From Azolla caroliniana (taxonomy: Eukaryota; Plantae; Polypodiophyta), in assembly GCA_043228905.1 (NCBI GenBank), contig JBHGNT010001252.1:1-10617 (forward strand): DNA of 10,617 nucleotides, in the 5' to 3' direction. The position numbers were made by a program, and so were the translations under genes. Positions 1-9,180 of the stretch are shown piece by piece (within the stretch, counting starts at the first letter, position 1; the number at the start of each line of letters is the position of its first letter). The notes below the pieces were generated by a model. That model saw only the letters and a program-made list of their open reading frames with translations. It was not told the DNA's origin and made no database searches.

Positions 1-498
1 AGAGCCCATCTTGGCTATATTTGTAAATAGCCGAAAAGTCATATTAGTATAAATATGACTTAGGGCAAACTTTTAGTGGTGGTCATTTTCTGTTTTGCAC
101 GAAATTAGAGTGCGTAACTATACACACAGAGAGAGAGAGAGAGATCGAGGTCGTTGCCTCTGTTGTAACCGCCGTCAGTGGCGAAGATTGTGAGCACGAG
201 GTCGTTGCCTCCGTGGACTCACTGTTTTGTACATTCTTACATAGTGACAGTTTGCAGCCTGTGGACTGCCGTGGTTTTTTCCCCTAGTTTGGGGTTTTCC
301 ACGTAAACCTCATGTGTAGTGTGTGTGTATCTCCTCTCACTTCGTGTCGTGCATTTGTTTCCCGTTTTCTGCGTATGTAAAGAAGCTCGGTTGTGGCCGA
401 GCCTTGCGCATAAGGAACGTTCGGTTCCCGTCAGCTATGTAGTGACATTACGATTGCGATGAGCCGGATTTCCTTGAATCATCCGCGTAGACACAACA
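1..498 (+). mobile_element. LTR (3' LTR or solo LTR, left end outside window) of a Copia-like retrotransposon, element A
   Basis: TATAAAT at 48-54. CGTGGTTTTTTCCCC..GGGGTTTTCCACGTAAA at 270-307, a motif I recognise from plant Copia LTRs. Ends in ...ACACAACA at 498. No PBS follows on +, so it is not a 5' LTR. CATGA (499-503) is the candidate TSD. Confidence 0.7.
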
Positions 499-530
499 CA
501 TGAGGATAGGCTAGTTCGAGATACCAAATC

Positions 531-542
531 GCGTTGATACCA
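531..542 (-). other. Primer binding site (tRNA-iMet type) of element B
   Basis: Minus strand reads ...TCTTTACA|TGGTATCAACGC directly after the LTR end. Canonical plant iMet PBS is TGGTATCAGAGC (10/12 match). Confidence 0.8.
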
Positions 543-998
543 TGTAAAGAATTGAGTGTGATTCTATGTAGTGGAATAGATTAAGGATTTGTGTTATGTG
601 TGTGTGTATGTGGACAAAGGAGAGGAGAGGAGAGAAACACAAGATAGATAGATAGATAGATAGGAAAAAAGAAATATTCAAGAAGATGTATACATATTAG
701 GAAGTGGAGAACAACTACAACAATATGAATATTACAAAGGAGATTAATCGACACATCACAAAGTAGGAGGAGGGCGCTTTATATAAGGTCACCCTCTCTC
801 TACATTCTCCCACTAAAACGCCCACTCTCTCTCTAGAACCTTGGGGAATATGCAACTCGTTAGTAATGTGTCATAGAGTATGATTCTATTACACGTAGTT
901 AATGTGTAGAAAGTAGTGGTGACTTTTGACCTTTGAGTGCTAATAGATTCTCAAAAGGGTGTTCACACACTAGACTAGGTTGAGCTTGATTCTCAACA
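543..998 (-). mobile_element. 5' LTR (~456 bp) of a minus-strand LTR retrotransposon (probably Copia), element B
   Basis: Minus strand starts TGTTGAGA (998) and ends TCTTTACA (543), giving imperfect TG..CA inverted termini. TATATAAA on minus at 778-785. The PBS is adjacent. It contains (AGAT)n at 642-663. Confidence 0.8.
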
Positions 999-2314
999 CA
1001 AGCTATAATTATTCCAATGATTTCTTATTTTTTGTCATTATTACCATGGACAAAGAAATCACTTGATCATTTAGCTCATTAATATGTACACTAGAAGAAA
1101 GAAACAAAACTTGGTATGAGTTGGATATCATGGAACAATATTTGTACCCCAAAACAATTAGGGGTAGTTGCGTTACTAAATTTAGAAGACCATATGGTGG
1201 CGCGAAGATTCTATCTTTTGAAAGGTATGTGCATAGGTACCCAACCTTGGGCAGAAATAATTAGTTATTTTTTGGAAAAGGTTGGTATATATCATGGGAA
1301 AATGAGAATTACAACTTCCTGGTGGCATATTGTTAATTGTACCCGAGCATTTAAATGTTCAGAATCTATTATGGTTCAACAATTGGTGCTTTCTTGGCAA
1401 CAATGTTTGAGTTTGTTTGATTAGAGGCCTCCTGAGTGTAGAAAAGATATAAATTCCTTGGCAACAGAGGTGTTGGCAACTTCAAGGATATTACACGAGG
1501 ATCGAAAGGAAAGCCTAAATTCATAGTTCAATCAAATGGCAAGGCTAGGCTTGGTAACTGTGGAAGATGGTATATTAGAGTCACGTATGAAAATGGTGGC
1601 CTTTCAGACAATCAGACATAAGTTTCATGTGCCACGTGGATATGGCATATTTGGCCATCAATATTGGGATTGCCTCGATTAGATTTCTCGATTCCAGAGT
1701 TGGTGGTCGAGGACCCATGGAAAGATTGGTCATTTGGTATTGGGAAATCGATTTTAATGGTGCACACTAATGATGTGTACCATAAGTTGGTTGAAGATAG
1801 ATCTTGGTTAGCGAATAAGATTTTGGATACATGGTACATTACTCGACATGTAAAGTGGTGGCGTAGAGTTTCAGATGGGGGGTGGTAGTCTCATCTTCCA
1901 TTTCGTGCAAAGGTGTTTCTTTGGCGTGCTTTAGTTGGTGCATTGTCTTTATCAATGGCCTTAAAACGAAGACATATTTCATATGGGACATGTTTTTTCT
2001 ATACAATGTTTGAAGAAGATGCCAGACATAGGTTCATTACATGTCCGGTTGCTAAAGCCATTTGGGTGATTATATCACAAATTTGGGCACCAATAACTCG
2101 AAATATTTTGTCGCCTTATAACTGGGTTTTTATTGATAAGGATAAAGCTATGCCTGCACCATCACATAAGGTTGTGTTTGACTACCTCAGATATTGGGAG
2201 ATGTGGTTTAATTGGACCATGAGAAAAGGGGTCTTGTTTGATGGACTTCATGGGGTAACACAACAACTTCGCAGGTCTTGTTTGATGGACTTCATGCGGC
2301 TTCGTGTGCATTAG
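999..2314 (+). mobile_element. Decayed non-LTR retrotransposon (plant L1-type LINE), ORF2 C-terminal region including zf-RVT-like domain; pseudogenised
   Basis: The frame from 999 reads QAIIIPMISYFLSLLPW..., then WISWNNICTPKQLG (post-RT W.W..IC.PK..GG motif). At ~1883-2090 it reads W*SHLPFRAKVFLWR...RRHISYGTCFF...EEDARHRFITCPVAKAIW (zf-RVT-like). In-frame stops at 1422-1424 and 1886-1888 and at least one frameshift. This accounts for ORFs 1116-1424, 1664-1888 and 1913-2314. Confidence 0.85.
2230..2296. repeat. 23-bp perfect direct repeat at the LINE truncation point
   Basis: GGTCTTGTTTGATGGACTTCATG at 2230-2252 and 2274-2296. Confidence 0.9.
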
Positions 2315-3359
2315 GGAAGAAGAGAAAAGAAACCCCAACATGCAATTGGATCATAAACTCTAAGAAAAAGCAAACACTAAAATACAATTGAATTGCAACA
2401 CAAACCCATGAACTCCGACAGAAAAAATTCCTAAAAATGCAAGACAAGGAAACCCTAAAAACGCAATGTAGAGAAGGGGCTTTACAAATCAAATTTTGAT
2501 TATCTTTGTTTCGAGTCTTCGACATATTTCAAGAGGACAAAGGATTGAGGACAATTTACCACAATATATAATTACAAACTAAGCAAAATCCCTCGAAGGT
2601 GTGGGTTAGCAAAGTGTATACACCATTTGAAATTTCAATATTATCCAAATCATGGAGCTGCATTTAGACACGTAAACATTACAGAAAACCTGAACTAATA
2701 TCACAAGCACTAGAATATAGTTTTGAAGTGGATATTGATGAAGTGACGACTCTTTATAAAACCCTTGTTCCTCCATCTATTATTTAATTTTCAAACCATA
2801 GTACTGGAACGTAAAACAATCATCCTCAAAGTATTAAATTATGCTTAACAAAGGCTTAGGCTTAAACCAACTTCTATTTCATACTTATCTTATAATATAC
2901 AGCAAAATTTCCCACTTGCAAGGAAATGCAAGGACTTTTATTCCTCACTTATAAGGGTGTGAATTGATACGTTATCCAATGTGTAGTACCCATGAACAAA
3001 TTTGGATCCTGAAGTTTTTATTTCATAGTTTGTATATTAATTGTGTCATGTTTCCTTTTCATAGAGAATGGGTTCCTTAAATCAATGAGATAAAAAACCT
3101 TGCAATGTCCTTTTATTGTATCATAGTGTTTGCGGAAGAGTTTCCCAACCTTTAATGACAACTTTCACCTCTCATTGTTTTCTTCCTTATTAATATTTGA
3201 AGTGATCCCTACAATAAGATTTCATTTAAGATTTAGATAAGATAAGATATATTACTTCACTGAAATACCTCTACAAATTGTGCCAAAAAATTTCTCTAGT
3301 CTAAAGACACTTTTTGGGCTAGGGATTGGTGTACAAATTTGTGATTCTTATGGATGCCA

Positions 3360-3474
3360 TATCTTTAATTAGAGGTTAAAGTTTATAGATTGATCTCTTT
3401 AGTGGTTGATCTCTTTGTATCTTTAATTAGAGGTTAAAGTTTATATATTGATCTCTTTAGTGGTTGATCTCTTT
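3360..3474. repeat. Tandem duplication, 57-bp unit x2
   Basis: 3360-3416 vs 3418-3474 with one mismatch. Each unit carries TTGATCTCTTT twice. Confidence 0.95.
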
Positions 3475-4105
3475 CTGATGGTGACGGTTGAAGCCTCTTG
3501 CAACCTAAGGCCAAATTCAGCTACTAGTTTGATCAACATCAGTTTAGAAACATGCAAAAAATTATCAATGCAATATAGTCCAGAAAGCCATGGATTGATA
3601 ACCTGGACATGTACGTAGCAAGAATAGCATGAGAAATGGCACCTATATGCATAAGCAAAACCTATATTTAAACGATAATGAATGGTACAAAAACTACATT
3701 CCGCATAACTACCATCACTACATTACTAACTCGATGATAAGTTACACCAGAACAATTCTATCCTACTTGCTATATGTAATCCTATTATATGAACAACTTT
3801 CCACATTTTTTCAGCTGATGAATGAATAGAGCAAGGTATGTTAGTCTGTACAATAAAGACGACATTTTCAACATTAACAGTAACCAATTAAACAACTTAC
3901 ACTACACTGCATGAGTACAGAATCGTATGATTCTATTTTATAGAAATGCAAAATAGAAGCTAGAAAAAATATACAAAATGTTATGATCCATTGTTCATAG
4001 AGGTATTATTATCCATAGAGTAAAGGTTTGCACTGTAATAGAACAATCTTCATAAGGTTTAGTTTTTGCAACCTTATTTCACAGGCTATAATATCCTTAA
4101 AGCAA

Positions 4106-4258
4106 TCATTCAGTTTGTGGAGCATACTTTGCATCAAAGTGCTTGACCTTGTTCTCAAGCTCAACTGCATTGGCTCCTACGATCCTATCAATAGCAGCTC
4201 CATTCTCAATGAACACAAATGTCGGCATTGCCCGAACTTCGAATTGAGAGCTTATATC
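4106..4258 (-). CDS. TRXh: Thioredoxin h, last coding exon
   Basis: Acceptor ttgttttgttAG (4260-4259). Translates [50 protein letters not shown], with the cis-Pro MPTF and VGA motifs. TGA at 4108-4106. Confidence 0.95.
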   Translation of the reverse strand, partial: DISSQFEVRAMPTFVFIENGAAIDRIVGANAVELENKVKHFDAKYAPQTE

Positions 4259-4376
4259 CTAACAAAACAAAATAGACAGTTACACCATCAAGCCCTACTA
4301 GGGTAAATGCCTTCCAAATCTCCCTGGCTAGGGTTGAAAACATTTTACTATAATCATGAAGAACACAAACTCTTAC

Positions 4377-4499
4377 TGTCAATTCATCCACGTCCACTTT
4401 CACAAACACCACATTGTGGTACTTCTGAGACAACTCAGCAAAGATGGGAGCAATGAACTGGCAAGGTCCACACCAAGAAGCCGTGAAGTCAACCACCAA
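4377..4499 (-). CDS. TRXh: Thioredoxin h, active-site exon (123 nt)
   Basis: Acceptor tgtgcAG (4501-4500) and donor GTAAGA (4376). Translates [41 protein letters not shown]. Both flanking introns are phase 0, at the positions typical of plant Trx h genes. Confidence 0.97.
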
Positions 4500-4654
4500 C
4501 TGCACAGTCAGATGAATATATAGATAAAGGTCAAGTTGTCAATGTTACGAAACATAATGCTACGCAATTGCCATGAAGTCAACCACCAACTGCACAGTCA
4601 GAGGAATATATAGATCAAGGCCAAGTTGAATGTTATGAAGCATAATCAATTGCC
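4480..4654. repeat. Diverged tandem duplication (period 90 bp) spanning the intron/exon junction of the Trx active-site exon
   Basis: GCCRTGAAGTCAACCACCAACTGCACAGTCAGA..AATATATAGAT..AAGG..CAAGTTG...CATAAT...CAATTGCC at 4480-4572 and 4570-4654. Confidence 0.95.
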
Positions 4655-5162
4655 ATAGTACCATTCATGTCAAACCTTAACATGAATAAATCATCATTGA
4701 TGTTATATTACAGTTAAGAAAAATGGTTTCCATGTACTTTCTGGTCAAATGTGGGTATGATACATCACAAATTAGATAACATGTCTAAAATACCCCTTCG
4801 CTTTTCTTTATTTCCTAAACTGTTCCTAAGTTCCTGATATCCCACAAATGCCCCTGGTCAACCCCACTTGAAATCATAAAGGAACGTTTTCAAAAAAAAT
4901 CTTGTGGGCGAAAAATATGTTCTTGTTGACACTCAAAATAGATTTTAAATTTTTTGTACAAAACAAACTACATATCTTCAAAAGCATAATGCACTGTCAC
5001 TAAACAAGTAACGTAAATAACTGTATATGTATGAGGAGGGATATGGGTATGAAAGATATATAGATTCGTCACTAATTTCCTACTGTATGGTGTTTTCCCA
5101 CATAATTTCTGAGCTCGTTCATTCCTAAATTGTAGTTGGTTAAGGCCGAGGATTTAATTTAC

Positions 5163-5246
5163 CACTCGATTGGAGGTCTTTGCCTCGACAAGCTTTATTT
5201 CCCACTCGTCAATGCTTTTGATGATGTTAACATTACCGTGTGCCAT
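5163..5246 (-). CDS. TRXh: Thioredoxin h, first coding exon
   Basis: ATG at 5246-5244 in context AAACATGG. Translates MAHGNVNIIKSIDEWEIKLVEAKTSNRV, including the conserved N-terminal Trp of h-type Trx. Donor GTAAAT at 5162. The joined CDS is 28+41+50 = 119 aa and in frame. Confidence 0.92.
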
Positions 5247-5252
5247 GTTTCT

Positions 5253-5948
5253 CTGTTTCAAACAAAAAACACATAAAATACATAAATCAATATGTGTTTA
5301 ATTCTAAGATAATACTGAATCTTTCTTTTAGCTCTAAAAAAAGTGTTGAGAAAAAATAGCAAAATTACATCAGAACTACTTTAAACCTGAAACTACCTGA
5401 CATAATAAGCCACAATAGTCAAAAGTAGCAGTCATAGAGAAAATCAATAGCAAAACTACCTAGTATAAACCGGACACACATGACAAAACAAAACTGCCGC
5501 ACATACGAAAAAAAGAAGGAAGGCTAACATAGCTGCGCTATGTATTATGTTAAAAGAAGAGCACAACGAATTCGTATTTAATGCAATAGAAACCCCACCT
5601 TGTATTTCGTTTTTACGAACAAGAAGCTTAACTACATGTTAAAAAAGAAAATGGAAAATAGCAGATCCAGAAGGGGGAAACGAAACTATAGATGACGAAA
5701 ACGAAAATTGTAAAACAAAGCAGCAAAACACCAAACCCCCAAAAAAGAAACCAGACATACGAACCAAAAGGAAACATTAGAAAGCATAAGAGGCAAAAGC
5801 AACACCTCCTTAAGGCGGACAACACACAAAGGATCAGAAAACAAAAGCAAAAACTGTCTTGATTGCAGAGGACATACAAAGCCAAACCCGGAACAAGAAC
5901 AGAGAAGCAGAAACGGTAGAAACAGGCCAGATTAGGAGAGCAGGAAAC
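5253..5948 (-). other. Probable 5'UTR intron of Trx h (~696 nt)
   Basis: Donor CAG|GTTTCC at 5948. Body is U/pyrimidine-rich on the minus strand. Acceptor ttttgtttgaaacAG ends at 5253, 6 nt before the ATG. Confidence 0.65.
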
Positions 5949-6057
5949 CTGGGCGTTGGACGAAGACGACAACGATGATGACAAAAACGTGTGTCCAATA
6001 TCGTCGAAGGATTGACCGATCGATGGAAGCTTCGATCTGTATGTTCCTATATATATA
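5949..6057 (-). promoter_or_regulatory. Trx h core promoter (TATA) and non-coding first exon
   Basis: TATATATATAGG on minus at 6057-6046. The TSS is inferred near 6020. A pyrimidine-rich leader ends at the donor at 5949/5948. Confidence 0.55.
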
Positions 6058-6085
6058 CACACATATGTATATGAATCTCTCTGTA

Positions 6086-6234
6086 TTTTTTTTTTTTTAT
6101 TTTTTTTTTTTTTTATATGGAGAGAGAGACAGAGAGACAGAGATTTTATTATTGTCTTCCGAGGCAAGTATACCTCTTTTTAGAGAGAGAAAGAGAGATT
6201 TTATTCTTGTCTTCCTACGCACGTATACCTCTTT

Positions 6235-6266
<32 letters not shown>
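6086..6266. repeat. Poly(T), (AG)n tracts and a diverged 55-bp-period duplication
   Basis: T-run at 6086-6114. AGAGATTTTATT.TTGTCTTCC...GTATACCTCTTTT(T)AGAGAG at 6139-6190 and 6194-6244. Pure (AG)n at 6236-6266. Confidence 0.9.
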
Positions 6267-6268
<2 letters not shown>

Positions 6269-6270
<2 letters not shown>

Positions 6271-6577
6271 CAAATGGATGTAGCTCAATTGGTAAGGTTG
6301 CCCAATGGAGACCAGGTGGTCATGGGTTCAACCCTTACATTCCACAGTGGCATCTAGTGGCATCTAGTGAATTAAGAGATATATAAGAAGTATATAATAG
6401 AGAGATGGAGACCAGGTGGTCATGGGTTCAACCCCTACATTCCACAGTGGCATCTAGTGAATTAAGAGATATATAAGAAGTATATTAGAGAGGTGAGGAA
6501 ATTGGGTTTCGAACCCAAGACACAATGCTTGTAGTGTTATCAACTTACCACTAGGGTAAGCTAATTACGATAAAAAA
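6269..6577 (+). mobile_element. tRNA-derived SINE-like element with two convergent tRNA-like heads, inserted in (AG)n
   Basis: Plus strand: A box TAGCTCAATTGG (6281-6292) and B box GGTTCAACCC (6325-6334). Minus strand: A-box-like TACCCTAGTGG (6558-6548) and B box GGTTCGAAACC (6515-6505) inside a perfect T-arm TTGGG-TTCGAAA-CCCAA. A6 run at 6572-6577. Flanked by (GA)nTG at 6249-6268 and 6578-6597 (candidate TSD). Confidence 0.65.
6305..6492. repeat. Internal tandem duplication (~100/88 bp) inside the SINE-like element
   Basis: ATGGAGACCAGGTGGTCATGGGTTCAACCC...TATATAAGAAGTATAT..TAGAGAG at 6305-6404 and 6405-6492. Copy 1 has an extra 10-bp duplication (CATCTAGTGG). Confidence 0.95.
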
Positions 6578-7303
6578 GAGAGAGAGAGAGAGAGATGGCA
6601 CCTTGGGACCTCATTGGGTGAATGAATGGGTTCATTGGTCAGAGCGTGCTCTATCTCCTCGTGGGTCCGGTCCAATCTGGTCCGTGCTTGTTGTATCTGT
6701 ATCTCGACGCACCCCTCCGTCCATATATTGGCATGCGGCTATCCAATCTCTTCCATTCTTATTGCGTTCACACCTTCCTTGGTGTGCATTCTTCACGTGT
6801 TCGAAGAAATTTGTTTTCAGCTTGTTTGAACACACTCCATTCTACAAAAGTCTTGATCCCTTCTTTTTTATGTGACCGCACACGAAGAGCATCATCTATC
6901 ATTACGCACGACATTGATGCAACCAAGATGACATGTGTGCATGACACGGGGCTCTACCTTACCACAGAATATTAGAATTTAGGAATAATAATCATAGGTT
7001 CTTTGCACATCGAGACTTTATTTTATGTCAGATGTTGAAATAAATGTTTATTCTCCATTTTCTAAGGCCTCTATGATTGTGTGGCATATAAGCCATTGGA
7101 AATAAGTTCATATGCCCAAAGTAACATCGATTGAGCATAGTCAAAGTACCTCCTATGTTGAACTAGTATAAAGAAGGTATATGCCAAAATGTATGTAACT
7201 GTGTCTAGATGAGTGCTTGATTGATGTGTATGAATGTGGGACGAGTATACTTATGCGCTTGTTTCCAAATATGCCTTGTGTAAGGGCATCTTCATCATAG
7301 TCA

Positions 7304-7441
7304 AATAAAGCCAAACAATTTCTTACATAATGGTGTTCATCTCCTTCAAAGGTTGCACATATTCTTGCAATAAACCCAAACAATTTGTTATCATAATGAA
7401 GTGTTCACCTCTTTCAAGGGTTGCTCATATTCTTGCAATAA
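7304..7441. repeat. Diverged tandem duplication (~65-68 bp unit)
   Basis: AATAAA.CCAAACAATTT.TTA..CATAATG..GTGTTCA.CTC.TTCAA.GGTTGC.CATATTCTTGC at 7304-7368 and 7369-7436, followed by AATAA. Confidence 0.85.
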
Positions 7442-8454
7442 TCTTATCTCGATCTTTAGGACCTACTATGTATAGGTTCAAATGTGTCCCCACTCAATTG
7501 AGGAAATTATAAATTTATTAAAAATTATTAGTAAGTTGGTTGATGCCTTTGGAGTTTATAGGTCATAAATTGTTGAAGTGGATGGTTTCATATCATGAAT
7601 AATGCATTGTTTTAAAATGCATTCTTCAAATAAACAAACAAATAAATAATAATGATTATGTCCTCACGATTGTTCAACGTGTGCATCATCCCACAAGTAG
7701 TGGGTGAACGTGTGTGGCTCCATAGTCTGATGTGTATGTGATCATACAAGTAGTGGGTGAAGGTGCATGCATTGAAATACAATTGCACACTCCCTTGTAA
7801 CTAGCCTGTGATATGTGATATGTATAGTTAATGTGAAGAATATTCTATATCCTACCTAAATCCATTACAGCAATGAATGTGTAATTATAATTTATAAAAT
7901 AGCGAGAAGGTAACGATATATAAGACAACCTTCACCCATATTGTAGTATTATTATTTTCTAATGTACATACTTCTTTTTGGTTGGATGCAAGATATGGAA
8001 AATTTGTATGGTAGATGGATGTAACACACTTGCTTCATGATGCATCACTACATTCCTCTATAAAATGAGGCCTTTTTGCAATGACAATGTATCATGACAT
8101 GGGACAAATGTGGAGGTTCACGCTTCATACATTATACTACACATGTTGCACCTAACTACAAAACCATATTCTTCGCGGAATGAGGAAACTGTACACATCG
8201 ATACATGTTAGAGCCCATCCCGTTGTCTGTCATTCGAACCATTACTTCAATGTGACTTAGCTCACACGGATTGTGATGTGAGACAGGGGGGACATTGGGG
8301 CACAAGTGATGAGAGTGGTCGACTATGCACACTTTGCCATTAACAAGTTCGAGAGTATTAAGTATCACACTTTGATACAATGATCTAGCTTTGATCATAT
8401 TTGATCATGCTTTCCACACATCTTGACCCAAGCCCAATCCTTACATGAATTTCT

Positions 8455-9180
8455 CTCGCAACCCCAATGAAATGTAATATTTTTGGTTTCATGGGTCATA
8501 TTTGACCTCCAAAAATGATCAATACAAGAGGGTGAATGTAGTAATGTACGAGTCAACTTGCACATAGAGGGAGTTATCCAACTTAGATATGTGAAAGCCA
8601 GTGTCATGTAGGTATTGTGTGATCTTCAAGTGGCATGCCCGCAATGCTAACTTGAGACCATAACATGGCTTCTTAAGTTAACATAACATGCATGGGTGGG
8701 ATCTTGAGTTGGATATGATGGTTGTTTCATATAGACCTCTTCCTTAGCACTCTTTGGAAAACGACATTCTTTATGTCCTTAGATGGACATGCGACCCCTT
8801 CGTCACTGGGACTACTAGTAAGATCGACATGGTCATCATCTTTGCAACATGTGTGAAGGTCTCATTGTGCGTTTGGGGCATACTCTTTCACCACAAGTTG
8901 AGCCTTATATCTATCATATGGTAGAGTAGTTAGAGATGTGTATTACTTTGTAAATAAATGAACAATGTGTGACCTTATTGTGTTTTGGACTCAGGGTGAG
9001 TTACCACGTCCCATTTTTCTTAGAGATCTTACATCTCTTTATCCATTGCTTTTGTTCAAAGAGGATCATTGCCATTTTGGCGAGACTTTCCAAACACCTT
9101 CACAATAAAAGTGTAATATTGTAACATGTACTCGTTGCAGTTACATTGCATCCTCTCACAAGTAGAGCACCTTATGCGTT
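8455..9180 (-). mobile_element. Highly decayed Ty1/Copia pol fragment: integrase-RT linker and N-terminal reverse transcriptase (RVT_2)
   Basis: Minus-strand translation across frameshifts gives motifs in the right order: DPL*TKAMDKEM; KNGTW*L..P.....CSFIYKV; DRYKAQLVVKEY (KARLVAKGY, ~8881-8915); ETFTHVAKM; DIKN; EEVYMKQP (8719-8742); LKKPCYGLKLALRA (YGLKQAPRAW, YGLK at 8651-8662); ITQYLHDTGF..SKLDNSLYV. Confidence 0.85.

Noticed and set aside
1-998. Cassandra/TRIM-type 5S-containing LTR
   Set aside because: No 5S rRNA-like A/IE/C-box sequence in either LTR, and the two LTRs are unrelated to each other.
3806-3841. Plus-strand 21-nt micro-exon (ttttcAG...AAG|GTATG)
   Set aside because: Stops in all three frames and no partner exons visible.
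4206-4505. ORF 4206-4505 as a complete single-exon thioredoxin
   Set aside because: Only 4377-4499 is Trx-like. The rest is read-through of the intron and out-of-frame last exon, and the spliced model restores the full fold.
6274-6345. Functional tRNA gene
   Set aside because: A and B boxes are present, but the acceptor and T stems are mismatched, there is no clean anticodon arm and no oligo-T terminator follows. It is better explained as a SINE-like head.
5628-6386. ORFs 5628-6167, 5975-6283, 6097-6288 and 6117-6386
   Set aside because: Low-complexity translations of (AG)n, poly(T) and a U-rich UTR intron, with no protein motifs.
6603-6975. Four overlapping short ORFs, plus CCAAT and CACGTG (6795-6800) motifs
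   Set aside because: No recognisable protein similarity. The short motifs occur by chance, although the segment may be distal Trx promoter.
7693-7761. ACAAGTAGTGGGTGAA x2 with a 37-nt spacer, superficially CRISPR-like
   Set aside because: Only two 16-bp copies, in eukaryotic context, with no cas genes.
7153-8450. ORFs 7153-7383, 7330-7512 and 8156-8398 as a gag knuckle or SWIM/MULE transposase
   Set aside because: Only vague Cys/His patterns. It is probably decayed TE sequence, but I cannot assign a family without a search.
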